From a virus, in the IMG/VR virus record IMGVR_UViG_3300022890_000011, positions 32,001-96,000 of that record: a DNA stretch of 64,000 nt; one strand, given 5' to 3'. Numbering within the stretch: position 1 is the first letter of the stretch; every line of letters begins with the position of its first letter. Made by a program: the position numbers and the translations under genes. Of the stretch, positions 21,687-32,152 are shown piece by piece. The notes under the pieces are model-generated. The model did not search any database. It was not told where the DNA came from and was given only the letters and a program-made list of their open reading frames with translations.

Positions 21687-22502
21687 ATGGAAATTTTTTA
21701 CAATAGCTCATTACCTAGAGCTGGTAGTTCTTTATTGCAAAATATAATTGGACAAAATCCTGATTTTTATGTAACTCCAACATCTGGTTTATTAGAACTA
21801 GTTTTTACAGCAAAAAACACATTTACAAATCTTATTGAATTTAAAGCACAAGACCAAACACAAATGGAAGATGCTTTTATATCATTTTGTAAAGGTGGTA
21901 TGGAAGGATATTTTAAACCTTTGACTGATAAAAAATATGCTCTTGATAAGTCTAGAGGGTGGTTTATAAATTATAATTTATTAGATAAGATTTTCCCTAA
22001 TCCAAAAATAGTGTGTATGATTAGAGATATACGAGATGTTATTGCTTCTATGGAAACAAAATATAGAGAAAACCCACTTCATTTTGAACAACTTCAAAAT
22101 TTTGCAGAATTAAAAGGAACCACAACTGGAAAAAGAGCGCAATTATTTTTAAATAGTTTACCAGTTGGATTGGCATTAGATAGATTAAAAGATTCTTTAG
22201 AACAAGGAATAAATAAAAATGTATTTTACATTAAAATAGAAAATCTAATTGATAGACCATTTGATACAATGTTCGCATTATATTCTTATCTTGGTGTACC
22301 ATATTTTAAACATAATTTTAAAGATATTAAACAAATTACAATTGAAGATGATAAATGGTATGGTATTTATGGTGATCATAAAACTCACAGTAAATTGGAA
22401 AAACCTAAAACCAATTGGAAAGATATATTGGGTGAAGAATTAGGTGGTTATATTTATAATGATTATAAGTGGTTTTTTCAAACATTTGAATATGAAAAAT
22501 AA
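21687..22502 (+). CDS. Sulfotransferase family protein
   Basis: SLPRAGSSLL PAPS-binding loop; DKSRGW; IRDIRDVIAS 3'-phosphate motif. Confidence 0.8.
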   Translation: MEIFYNSSLPRAGSSLLQNIIGQNPDFYVTPTSGLLELVFTAKNTFTNLIEFKAQDQTQMEDAFISFCKGGMEGYFKPLTDKKYALDKSRGWFINYNLLDKIFPNPKIVCMIRDIRDVIASMETKYRENPLHFEQLQNFAELKGTTTGKRAQLFLNSLPVGLALDRLKDSLEQGINKNVFYIKIENLIDRPFDTMFALYSYLGVPYFKHNFKDIKQITIEDDKWYGIYGDHKTHSKLEKPKTNWKDILGEELGGYIYNDYKWFFQTFEYEK

Positions 22503-22555
22503 ATAATTAAACAGAACTTAAATTTTCTTATATATAGGTAAAATATATTTTTATT

Positions 22556-22774
22556 ATGGAAATTGAAGATATCCGAAAACAAAGACAATCAAAAGGAAAA
22601 TCATTTTGGTATTATCCTGCAATATTTTGGAAATGGCTTAAAAAGAATAAATGGAAGATTCTTATTACAGCCATTATCGCAATTCTATTAATTAGTCCAA
22701 GTTGGGCTGGTACTACAATAGGAACATGGATTACTGATTTTATTGGTAATTTAGTAAATTCAATTAGTATTTAA
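22556..22774 (+). CDS. Small membrane protein
   Basis: Basic N-terminus plus hydrophobic helix. Confidence 0.5.
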   Translation: MEIEDIRKQRQSKGKSFWYYPAIFWKWLKKNKWKILITAIIAILLISPSWAGTTIGTWITDFIGNLVNSISI

Positions 22775-23109
22775 TGACTTGGGAAGATGTAGAAAATGCT
22801 AATTCAATTTCGAAGAGAGAAAAGTTAGAAGAAAAGTATTATATAGAACAAGTTAAAATTCTGGATTGGTTAAAAACTGAAGGTGATCAAAAAATTAGAT
22901 TCTTAGACAGAATAGAATATAAAGTTGATGGTAAACCACATAGATTAGATGGACCAGCCGTAGAACCAATTGAAGGAAATCCTACCGGTACTTTACCATT
23001 AGAAGAATATTGGATTAATGGTGAAAAATTTAGTGATCATAAAGAATGGTTACCCGTAGCACAAAGATTAGATAGAAAATTAAAATTAGAAAGAGTTAAA
23101 GGTGAATAA
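22774..23109 (+). CDS. HRLDGPA-motif protein with RKxKL C-terminal tag
   Basis: PHRLDGPAVE...YWINGE; ends RLDRKLKLERVKGE. Confidence 0.6.
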   Translation: MTWEDVENANSISKREKLEEKYYIEQVKILDWLKTEGDQKIRFLDRIEYKVDGKPHRLDGPAVEPIEGNPTGTLPLEEYWINGEKFSDHKEWLPVAQRLDRKLKLERVKGE

Positions 23110-23566
23110 TATATTTGAAGAAGCAAAAAATAAAGATATTATAGAAAATTTACCAAAAGGTTATGATGTAGATTATAATTATATGATAAGATTATGGCCA
23201 AAATATATTAAATACTACATTATTGATAAAGAAAAAATAGAAGTTGATGATAAGGTGATATTATTATTTTCGAAAAATAAATATAGAAATAATGTAACTT
23301 ACGTTTATTGTGAAAATACAACTTCTATTTATGAATATTATCTAAAAGGTGGATTATTACATAATCTTGATGGATATGCTTATAGACATTATTATAAACC
23401 GAATAAAAGATTACAAATAATGTATTATTTGGACGGATATTATCATGAAGAAAAACCTGATGAAATTTTCAATTCAGTTACTCCTATATGGGTAGAAGAT
23501 AAAAGAGTAATAAGACATCAGAGAAAAAGTAAATTAGAAAAAATTAAGTTGAAACAGAACCCATAG
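23102..23566 (+). CDS. LHNLDG-motif protein with RKxKL C-terminal tag
   Basis: LLHNLDGYAY...YYLDG; ends RHQRKSKLEKIK. Confidence 0.6.
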   Translation: MNNIFEEAKNKDIIENLPKGYDVDYNYMIRLWPKYIKYYIIDKEKIEVDDKVILLFSKNKYRNNVTYVYCENTTSIYEYYLKGGLLHNLDGYAYRHYYKPNKRLQIMYYLDGYYHEEKPDEIFNSVTPIWVEDKRVIRHQRKSKLEKIKLKQNP

Positions 23567-25223
23567 TCCCGTTCACAAATGTTCCATTTAACCAAGTTCC
23601 TTGTAGAAAATCTCCATTTTCCCAAGTACCGTTTATCCATAATCCATTTTCCCAGGTTCCATTGTACCAAGTAGGTGATGTATAATAAAATACTCTTAAA
23701 CCAATATTGTATAATTTAGCATACATATCAAAAACTGGTGACATATATTCATATTTATAATTGGTAGTTCCATAAAGGAAAAACATTTGATCATCATTAA
23801 ATAATTCTGAAGTTAGATTTGATATCCAAGTTGTTTGTGTAGAACCTGTACCTTCTATCCAGTAATTCTCAAATCTACCATAATAAATTGTCTGTTTATC
23901 AGAAGTGAAGAAATCTGTTTGTGTTGCATAATTAGAGCCTGATGCTGGTATATTATAATTATACATACTAACTACATTATCAGTTGTACCACCTAAAGTT
24001 GTATTATAATAAGCACTTCTTTCTATTTTTGTTTGCATTCCTGTAATAGTTGAACCTGAAGGAAGATCAAAACTATTTCCATTAGTATCTCTCCAATTAC
24101 CAAAAGATAAAATATTACTATATGTCCATCCACTAGTTAATAATGAAACACCAGTCGTTTGTAAATAGGCATATTCATCTGTATAACCTGTTAGATTTTC
24201 TGTATAAGTCCATTGTGTGTTTCCTGTTTCATGTATTAATGCAAGATTTGGATAGTACCAATTTTCAGTTACCCATGTACCCCATATACCATCTTTCCAT
24301 GTTCCTGTGATCCAATCACCTTGTTCAAATTGACCACCATACCATATACCGCCTTTAAATGTTCCTTCATACCATCTAGATGATAGATGTTCTTCTGAAG
24401 GAAATGTTATACCACTAATTTCTTTTAGACCAGAATGAAATTCTCCAGCTAAGAAAATCCCATCATACCATCTAGAAACAATATAACCATTTCCACTATT
24501 TATTCCAAATCTACTTAAATTATCACCAATTTCTGTAAAAATACCATCATACCATTTTCCTTGTAGAAAATCTCCACCATACCATTTTCCAGTTATCCAG
24601 GTATGATCTTCGAATGTTCCATTATAAAAAAGTCCATTTTCCCACCATGAATTAATCATTTTACCATTATAAAAATTGCCATATTCCCATCTAGAATTAA
24701 TAAAAATACCATCTAAAAAATTACCATATTTCCAAATACAATTACTTTCAGTAGTATCCCAATCTAAATTATAGTTTGTTAAAACAGTATAATTAATATC
24801 ATATTTAGTTTGTGTATCCCAGTAATTTTCATTTAGACCAAATGTACCATTATGATGTGTACCATATATCCAAGTTCCTGATAAAAAATGTGAATTATCA
24901 TTACTTGCATCATCTTCAATATATAACACACCATTTCTAGCTTGTGATAAGTCTAATTGATAAGAATACCAATCACCATTTCTCCAAATACCTTGATGAA
25001 AAACTCCAGAATACCAGTAACCATCAAACCATTCTCCACATAACCATTCACCTGAATACCAAATTAATTTGTTATCTGTACTTTCACCTATGATAGCATT
25101 TTTGATTCTAGCATTCAACAACCAACCATATCTTAATCTAACTTTGTCTAGGTCTAGGCCGTTAGTAAATTTGATATTTTGGAAACCAAAATCTAAAACT
25201 TCTCTTTTTATATTAACTTTCAT
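23544..25223 (-). CDS. G-x-[WF]-x-x pentapeptide-repeat (beta-solenoid) protein, probably virion-associated
   Basis: Long runs such as WYSGEWLCGEWFDGYWYSGVFHQGIWRNGDW and WYNGTWENGLWINGTWENG. Confidence 0.6.
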   Translation of the reverse strand: MKVNIKREVLDFGFQNIKFTNGLDLDKVRLRYGWLLNARIKNAIIGESTDNKLIWYSGEWLCGEWFDGYWYSGVFHQGIWRNGDWYSYQLDLSQARNGVLYIEDDASNDNSHFLSGTWIYGTHHNGTFGLNENYWDTQTKYDINYTVLTNYNLDWDTTESNCIWKYGNFLDGIFINSRWEYGNFYNGKMINSWWENGLFYNGTFEDHTWITGKWYGGDFLQGKWYDGIFTEIGDNLSRFGINSGNGYIVSRWYDGIFLAGEFHSGLKEISGITFPSEEHLSSRWYEGTFKGGIWYGGQFEQGDWITGTWKDGIWGTWVTENWYYPNLALIHETGNTQWTYTENLTGYTDEYAYLQTTGVSLLTSGWTYSNILSFGNWRDTNGNSFDLPSGSTITGMQTKIERSAYYNTTLGGTTDNVVSMYNYNIPASGSNYATQTDFFTSDKQTIYYGRFENYWIEGTGSTQTTWISNLTSELFNDDQMFFLYGTTNYKYEYMSPVFDMYAKLYNIGLRVFYYTSPTWYNGTWENGLWINGTWENGDFLQGTWLNGTFVNGTMGSVST

Positions 25224-25226
25224 AAT

Positions 25227-27140
25227 TTAACTTTCATATTCAAAATCATCATCAAATAGAAATAATGGAAACATTGTCTTTAAATCAGTTCCAATTCCTA
25301 CTAAATCTGATGGATAATATGTTAATTTTTCATCGTCTTTATTATATATCTTAAAAATAAATCTGTTGTCATTTCTATGTATTATACCACTGCTATAATT
25401 TCTAACAGTAGAATCTTCACTTAATATTTGACCATAAGCACCAGCAACATTTTTATAAACATTATTTGGTAATGATGTAGTAAAACCACTATAAAGAAGA
25501 TTAGAAATATCTCCTAATGTATTTATATTTGTAATTATTGATAAATTTGTGACTCCAGATTCTACTAATAAATAAGTATCATATTTTTTTAATATTAATG
25601 ATACAATTGAGCTAGACAAACCACTTAATGTAACATATGTAGATTGTCTGAAATACTCCATTTCATCAACATTATCTGGTGTTATTTTAGTATAACCACT
25701 TAAACTTATGTCTAATGTAAATGCACTTAATGCAAAACTATTATATGTTGTATATGATGTCGTAAAACCACTATATATTCTTTCCATGAATGGTTGTAAC
25801 TGATAGTTTATATAATTATTATATGTATTAAATGTATAACTACTTGGTGTAAATGTGAATGTTAATCCATCATAGTCAAAATAATTTAAATAATTGTAAG
25901 TTGTAGCTGTTAATGTCATTGTTGTGCTATTATAATATACAGCAGATATAAATTTATTAAATGGTGATGAGTTAATTGCATCTACAATAGTAGATGTATC
26001 ATCATTATTTGTATATTGTAAATTTTCAATTTCATATGTTATTGCTGTATTGTGTATTGGTTCATATAATACATGATTTGGTATATAATCTTTTAAAGCT
26101 ATAATTGTACTAGTGGATAAACTAGAATCTATAAATCCTTTATAATCTAAGTATGTGTAACCACTAGAATCATAAATTTTTAGATTAATATAAAAATCAT
26201 CATTTTTAATAAAATTAGTTGCAGTAGTTACATATGTTGTACCAGAATCATTATAAATATTTGCAGTTGTTGTTGCGGATGTTGTATTTGTATAACCTGA
26301 AACATAATTATAATCAATTGAACTATAACCACTATTTACAATAATATATGATATATCTTCATATAAAATATAATTTGTAGAACCAGTTTCAATAGTTATT
26401 GTTAATTCATTATATAATGAACTATTTTCTGATAATTGTTTTCTAGCTAAATCATAATCAGTAAATATTATTTTAGCACAATCACCAGATGTTTGACCTG
26501 TTAGCATTATGTCATAATCAACAAAATGTCTAAGTAAAAATGATTCACTTTCAACAAAATACATACTTTCACCAGAAATTGGAAAATATGTGGCGCCAGT
26601 AGATCCAGATAATGTGAATTGTTTATCTTTATATGTACCACTTTTACAATAGGTTTTAAATCTATATGATTGTTCTCGTGTATCAAGTAGATTTGTTGGG
26701 TTTAAAAAATATGTATTACCAACTGTATAAATTAAATTTTCTGTTGAATCAACTTGGTTTATAAATTGAATTCTATATCCAGGTTTAATAATGACATTAT
26801 CAAATTTATAAAATTGTTTAGTTAAATCTGTATCTTCGTCTACTATAATATCAACTGCATAGAAATTTGGAAAAAATTCTTCAATTGAATCGTATTCTGT
26901 ATAAACATTATAATTACTATATCCATCACCAGTATAAAGATCTACTTTATAAATATCTTCAAGACTATTAATATATGACCAACATGTACCAGATAAACAT
27001 TTATTATATCTAAAAGTTTCATATGTTGTATCTATTACATCTCTTACATAATATTGTTGTCTATTTTTTTGATAGTAGTATGTATTTCCTGAACTTGTGT
27101 CTAAAGTCCAGTCAAATTCTTGTTTCCAAATATCAATCAT
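25227..27140 (-). CDS. Probable virion structural protein
   Basis: 637 aa, T/Y/S-rich; co-transcribed with the repeat protein. Confidence 0.5.
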   Translation of the reverse strand: MIDIWKQEFDWTLDTSSGNTYYYQKNRQQYYVRDVIDTTYETFRYNKCLSGTCWSYINSLEDIYKVDLYTGDGYSNYNVYTEYDSIEEFFPNFYAVDIIVDEDTDLTKQFYKFDNVIIKPGYRIQFINQVDSTENLIYTVGNTYFLNPTNLLDTREQSYRFKTYCKSGTYKDKQFTLSGSTGATYFPISGESMYFVESESFLLRHFVDYDIMLTGQTSGDCAKIIFTDYDLARKQLSENSSLYNELTITIETGSTNYILYEDISYIIVNSGYSSIDYNYVSGYTNTTSATTTANIYNDSGTTYVTTATNFIKNDDFYINLKIYDSSGYTYLDYKGFIDSSLSTSTIIALKDYIPNHVLYEPIHNTAITYEIENLQYTNNDDTSTIVDAINSSPFNKFISAVYYNSTTMTLTATTYNYLNYFDYDGLTFTFTPSSYTFNTYNNYINYQLQPFMERIYSGFTTSYTTYNSFALSAFTLDISLSGYTKITPDNVDEMEYFRQSTYVTLSGLSSSIVSLILKKYDTYLLVESGVTNLSIITNINTLGDISNLLYSGFTTSLPNNVYKNVAGAYGQILSEDSTVRNYSSGIIHRNDNRFIFKIYNKDDEKLTYYPSDLVGIGTDLKTMFPLFLFDDDFEYES

Positions 27141-27306
27141 TTAATGAATTCTTTTTATAAGAGTATATATAAAATCATTGATATTGAAAATGAATTTTTT
27201 AATCCCATAAAAAATCTTATTCTAAAATTAGAACCTGTCTTGATTTGAACGTTAATTTTTTATTTAGAATTTTAAAGTTATATTTATGTAAATAATAATA
27301 TTAAAT

Positions 27307-27789
27307 ATGGAATTAAACAAATTAGTAGAGAAGATGATTTCTGATTATCCATATTTATATGGACATAGAAATCAGGTTTTACATTATATTTATTGTGTTT
27401 TACCAAATGAATTTATATGGAAAAATGGAAAAATTTTTTGTGAAAATTTCTTAGAATCAAATACAATTACACAAAGAATTGATAAACATTTAAAAATGTT
27501 TCCTGATAATATTAAGGAAGAATTAATAAGTGAAGAATATGAGGAAATGAAAGATTTAAAGAATGGTAAGTTTTATATTTTTCCTTTAACAAAACAATGT
27601 AATTTATATAATATTCCAAATAATGTTTCAAAAGATTATTTGGATGGTGCATATGAAATAATAAATATTTTAAAAGGTATGGATAAAGATTATCATAAAA
27701 TTTATACTAGGCAAGAAGAACAAAATTATTATTATAAGAATATATTAATAATTAGTGAAATTGACAAAAATCTAATTGATAGATTTTAA
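27307..27789 (+). CDS. Hypothetical protein
   Basis: 160 aa ORF. Confidence 0.55.
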   Translation: MELNKLVEKMISDYPYLYGHRNQVLHYIYCVLPNEFIWKNGKIFCENFLESNTITQRIDKHLKMFPDNIKEELISEEYEEMKDLKNGKFYIFPLTKQCNLYNIPNNVSKDYLDGAYEIINILKGMDKDYHKIYTRQEEQNYYYKNILIISEIDKNLIDRF

Positions 27790-27814
27790 TATTTTTTTAT
27801 TAAAGAATTTTAAC

Positions 27815-27822
27815 TATATTTG
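27815..27822 (+). promoter_or_regulatory. Bacteroidota-type -7 promoter element (TAnnTTTG)
   Basis: TATATTTG 35 nt upstream of the 27857 start; similar TATATT[G/A/T] elements precede 2954, 3545, 27307 and dnaJ. Confidence 0.4.
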
Positions 27823-27856
27823 ATATAATTGTAAATTAAAATTAAAAAACTTAAAA

Positions 27857-28459
27857 ATGACAGAAAAAACTACTACAATTGAAAAAAATTACGATTTACC
27901 AGATGATATTGTTGGAATAAAGGATGATAAAATCTATAAGAGATTAGCTAAAGAAGTACTTGATAGTGATTTACCTGGTCCCGATTATTTAGAATTTAGA
28001 CAACAATTAATGAGTATGCAAGATTTAGATGTAGATATAGATCCTGATAAATTAGAAGAATTTATTTTCAAAGCCGCATATAAAATTGTTAAAGGCGGTG
28101 ATAATTCATTAACAAAACAAATATTAATGAATTCATTAACACATTATATTAAAATAGTTAAAGATCAAGAAAAATCATTTAATAAGGAATTTAATGAACA
28201 AGTGAAAGTGAAAATTGGTGCAAAGTTTGAAAAAATTGATAATTTAGATGAAGAAACAGAAAAAATATTGACACAAATAGAGGAATTAAAAGATAGATTG
28301 GAAAGTATCAAAGAGGATAAAAAGATAACTATCGCTGATGTTGATATTGAAAAGAAAAAATTATCAAAGGTTAAATCTAATTTTAAAGCTACTGCTTCAG
28401 AATTGGTTGGTAAATTAGAAGAAGATAAATTAAAAATTGACAAATATATTAAAGATTAA
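27857..28459 (+). CDS. Coiled-coil protein, partner of PspA-like gene
   Basis: 200 aa helical; co-oriented with the next gene and shares its terminator. Confidence 0.55.
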   Translation: MTEKTTTIEKNYDLPDDIVGIKDDKIYKRLAKEVLDSDLPGPDYLEFRQQLMSMQDLDVDIDPDKLEEFIFKAAYKIVKGGDNSLTKQILMNSLTHYIKIVKDQEKSFNKEFNEQVKVKIGAKFEKIDNLDEETEKILTQIEELKDRLESIKEDKKITIADVDIEKKKLSKVKSNFKATASELVGKLEEDKLKIDKYIKD

Positions 28460-28476
28460 TTAATTAAAACAGAACT

Positions 28477-29529
28477 ATGAATTTAGAAAAAGAAAAACGA
28501 AGAGGTTTTTTTAAAAAACCAGAAGGAAAAACAGGATTATTATTTATGGCTGGATTAATTATTGGTGGTGGTTTATTAGCATGGAAATTTCTTCCATTTA
28601 TAATTGGATTATTTTCAAACTTAATAACAGCTGGTTTAATGGTTATAGGTATTGGTGCAGTTTTATGGATTGCAACAAGAAAACAAACTCGAAATCTGGC
28701 ATGGTTTGGTTTTAAAATGATAATGAAAAGAGTAACAAGTTGGTTTGTGAAAATTGATCCAATTGCAATTATTGAAACGTACATTGAAGATTTGAAGAAA
28801 AGCCTTCAACAAATGGATGAAAATATTGTGAAATTGAGAACTCAAATGGTTTCATTAAAAAGGATTATAGATTCAAATAATGATGAAATTGAAGAATCAA
28901 TGAAAATTATGCAAGCGGCTCAGAAAAAAGGTAACCGTGACGAGTTTAGATTAAAATCAAGAAAAGCAGGTCGTACTAAAGACTCTAATGTTAAATTAAC
29001 AGAAATGTATAATAAAATGTTTAAGTTATATAAAGCTTTAACAAGAATGTATGAAGTTTCAGGTTATGTTGTTGAAGATTTGGAAGACGATATGAAGAAT
29101 AAGAAAATTGAACATAAGGCACTTAAAGCTGGTCATTCAGCCATGAAATCTGGTATTAGAGCGATGATGGGTGATCCTGACAAAAGAGCAATATTTGAAC
29201 AAACATTGGAATCGATGGAAGAAGATGCGGCTAAAAAGATTGGTGAAATGGAAAGATTTATGGAAATGTCAACATCGTTCATTAATAACATTGATTTAAA
29301 AAACGGTATCTATGAAGAAGAAGGATATGCGATGTTAGAAGAGTGGGAGAAAAGTGGATTTGATATTATGATGGGAGATTTTGATACTCAACAAAAAGCT
29401 TCTAAATCTGGTCAAAAAGCTCTTGAATCTGGAGAAACTAAAGAAGTAGAGAAAGAATTAGAATTAGTAGCTGTTGAAAGAGATAGTGGTAGTTCAGAAG
29501 CTCCTAAAAAATGGGGAGATATGTTTTAA
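28477..29529 (+). CDS. Membrane-anchored PspA/IM30-like coiled-coil protein
   Basis: Two N-terminal TM helices, then IDPIAIIETYIEDLKK and a long coiled coil. Confidence 0.5.
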   Translation: MNLEKEKRRGFFKKPEGKTGLLFMAGLIIGGGLLAWKFLPFIIGLFSNLITAGLMVIGIGAVLWIATRKQTRNLAWFGFKMIMKRVTSWFVKIDPIAIIETYIEDLKKSLQQMDENIVKLRTQMVSLKRIIDSNNDEIEESMKIMQAAQKKGNRDEFRLKSRKAGRTKDSNVKLTEMYNKMFKLYKALTRMYEVSGYVVEDLEDDMKNKKIEHKALKAGHSAMKSGIRAMMGDPDKRAIFEQTLESMEEDAAKKIGEMERFMEMSTSFINNIDLKNGIYEEEGYAMLEEWEKSGFDIMMGDFDTQQKASKSGQKALESGETKEVEKELELVAVERDSGSSEAPKKWGDMF

Positions 29530-29551
29530 TCTAATTAAATAATCAAGTAAG

Positions 29552-29580
29552 AAAGCCATTCAGAAATGAATGGCTTTTTT
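29552..29580 (+). terminator. Intrinsic terminator
   Basis: aaagccattca-gaaa-tgaatggcttt followed by a T run. Confidence 0.85.
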
Positions 29581-29626
29581 TGTTTTATATTTTTAATATA
29601 TAATGGTGTTAAAAATAAAATTACTG

Positions 29627-30817
29627 ATGAAACATTTAAAAACATATGATGATTTAATAAATGAATCAATATTTGATTTTGGTTTTCTTAAAGGTGTTAA
29701 AGATTTTGTTTCAAATTTTTTTAGTGGAAAAGCAAATGCTAAAGAGATTACTATTAATTTAACAAATGCATTGAGAAATTATCAAAAAGAAGTATTACAC
29801 AATCCTTATAAACTTGATAGATTATCTATTAATAGTATGTTGAAAAAAATTAAAGATATAGTTGGTGAAGAATTATTAATTGATCTTAATTTAGATTCAT
29901 TTTTCAGGGGACTTTATAGTGTATCTGTTTTAAAAGGAGATAGACATGAAAATATTATAGATTATTTCAATTCTTATATTGATTTATTATCACAAAGAGT
30001 ACAAAAATTATATAAGAAAAAGAAAGATGTTGATTATGAAGAAGAAGAATTTGAAGAAGTAAAAAAATTGAAGAAAAAAGCCATTCAAAAAATGACTAAT
30101 AAAGAGTTTAGAAAGAAAAAAACTCCTCTTCAAATTGAATTATTAAAATTACAAAATTGGTTATATAGAAAAGATAAAAGATTAGCTGTTCTTTTTGAAG
30201 GTAGAGATGCTGCAGGAAAAGGTTCAGCAATCAAGACCATTATTGAATTTCTAGACCCAAAATTATTTAAAGTGGCTACGTTTGGTATACCAACAGAAGA
30301 AGAAAAATTAAATTGGTTTGAAAGATATACTAAGAAATTACCAAAACCTGGTAAAATATCATTTTTTGATAGAAGTTGGTATAATAGAGCAGTAAATGAC
30401 CCTGTTATGGGTTATTGTACAAAAGAACAATATAATGAATTTATAGAAGAAGTTATTCCATTTGAAGATCAATTAATTGATAATGGATTATATTTATTTA
30501 AATTTTGGTTCTCAGTGAGCCAAGAAACTCAAGAATTAAGGTTTCAAATTAGACAAGCAAATCCATTAAAGACCTGGAAATTTAGTGAAAATGATTTATT
30601 AACTATGAATAAATGGGATAAATTTACAGCATATAAAGAGAGAATGTTTTTACAAACTTCTACAGAAAAATCACCTTGGGTAATTGTTGATTCTAATGAT
30701 AAGAAATTGGCTCAAATTAACATAATGAAATATATTTTAGAACAGATACCATATAAAAATAAAGATGTTAAAAGAGTTGGTCATCCATTACCAGAAATCG
30801 TAATACCTTTGAAATGA
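29627..30817 (+). CDS. ppk2: Polyphosphate kinase 2 with N-terminal extension carrying a CTS-like tag
   Basis: FEGRDAAGKG Walker A and FDRSWYNR motif; likely start MKHLKTYDDLINE at 29627. Confidence 0.9.
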   Translation: MKHLKTYDDLINESIFDFGFLKGVKDFVSNFFSGKANAKEITINLTNALRNYQKEVLHNPYKLDRLSINSMLKKIKDIVGEELLIDLNLDSFFRGLYSVSVLKGDRHENIIDYFNSYIDLLSQRVQKLYKKKKDVDYEEEEFEEVKKLKKKAIQKMTNKEFRKKKTPLQIELLKLQNWLYRKDKRLAVLFEGRDAAGKGSAIKTIIEFLDPKLFKVATFGIPTEEEKLNWFERYTKKLPKPGKISFFDRSWYNRAVNDPVMGYCTKEQYNEFIEEVIPFEDQLIDNGLYLFKFWFSVSQETQELRFQIRQANPLKTWKFSENDLLTMNKWDKFTAYKERMFLQTSTEKSPWVIVDSNDKKLAQINIMKYILEQIPYKNKDVKRVGHPLPEIVIPLK

Positions 30818-31230
30818 AATATTTAAAAAAATTTGAAGATATTATTACTACTACTTATGATAATATTGATATACCTATTGATTATACAGATGATATATTA
30901 TTTGATTTAGATTTTGAAACATTTAAATCAGTTTTAAATCTTATAAATATTGGTAGGCCACTTAATGCTTTAAAAAGTATTAAACATAAATTAGATTATG
31001 GTTTAAAACAATGCAAAGATTTGATGGGGAGAATGTGTTCTCTATTAGGTTATGATAGATTTAATATTAAATCTAATGAAAATGATCAATTTAATTATCA
31101 AGATGAAATAATAGATAAATATCCAGAATTAATATCATTAATTAGTAATTCAGAAAGATTTAATTTATTACCAGAAATAAGAGAAATATATGATGATTTA
31201 ATTCAAGGAAGTGAGTTGGGATTATTGTAA
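30814..31230 (+). CDS. Dual-tagged hypothetical protein (MKYLKKFE... / ...GSELGLL)
   Basis: Terminal motifs. Confidence 0.65.
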   Translation: MKYLKKFEDIITTTYDNIDIPIDYTDDILFDLDFETFKSVLNLINIGRPLNALKSIKHKLDYGLKQCKDLMGRMCSLLGYDRFNIKSNENDQFNYQDEIIDKYPELISLISNSERFNLLPEIREIYDDLIQGSELGLL

Positions 31231-31270
31231 TTTTAAAATTTAATATATAATAAAAAATTAACGAAATATA

Positions 31271-32152
31271 ATGAAAGAATTAAAAAATCTATCAAGTTAT
31301 AAAGATTTCTTATTAGAAGCTACAAATACTTATCAAGTTAAATGTAATGATAAAGTAACTGGTTCATTAGGAAATTATAAAGATACATTAAAAGTTTTTA
31401 AACAATCTTGTGAAGGTGGTAAAGATGGTGATGAAATTCAAATGATAAAAATTAAAGATAATAAAGGTAAAGATGTTAATGTTGTTAGTAAAACTAAAAC
31501 TATTGGAGGATCATCTAAGAAAGATACTAAAACAAAAGATGTTAGTTCAACTTCTATGTCAAAATCAACAAAAAATGTTGGTGTTGGTGAATTTAAGAAA
31601 GCATTAAAAGATCAATTATTAGATTTATTTGAACCACCTGCAAAAGATGTTAAATATGAATATGATAATGAAGGTAAACCAATTAAGATTACTTGTTTAG
31701 TAAATGCTAAAGATTGTGTTAATAAAATTAATCCAGATGAACAATTAAAAAATTTCAGTTTTGGTGTAAGTAAGAAAAAACCTTATTTAGTTACAGTTGG
31801 AAATGTTATCGTTGATGATGAAACAACAAGTAAAGCTAAAGATTCAGTTGTAACAAGTGGTGATGCAGCAGATAAAGATAGAATTTATAAAATTTCTTAT
31901 CCTATTTCTTATAAATCGAATAAAGAATTTGGTAAGAAGAAAGAAGAATTAGAAAGAAATTTTGATAAAGATTCATCACCACAATTAAAATCTAAGTTAA
32001 AATCAGATAAATACTCAGAAAAACAAAAAGATGAAATGAGAGACATTTTAAAGGAAAGAGGTGTTAGGATTAGAAGTGAATTTGAGGAAGATTATAAAAC
32101 AGATAAAGAAATGGAAAAAGAAGCTGAAGAAGCAGTAAAAAAAGTTAAATAA
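31271..32152 (+). CDS. Lys-rich CTS-tagged protein
   Basis: MKELKNLSSYKDFLLE; TTAATATATA at 31240-31249. Confidence 0.6.
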   Translation: MKELKNLSSYKDFLLEATNTYQVKCNDKVTGSLGNYKDTLKVFKQSCEGGKDGDEIQMIKIKDNKGKDVNVVSKTKTIGGSSKKDTKTKDVSSTSMSKSTKNVGVGEFKKALKDQLLDLFEPPAKDVKYEYDNEGKPIKITCLVNAKDCVNKINPDEQLKNFSFGVSKKKPYLVTVGNVIVDDETTSKAKDSVVTSGDAADKDRIYKISYPISYKSNKEFGKKKEELERNFDKDSSPQLKSKLKSDKYSEKQKDEMRDILKERGVRIRSEFEEDYKTDKEMEKEAEEAVKKVK

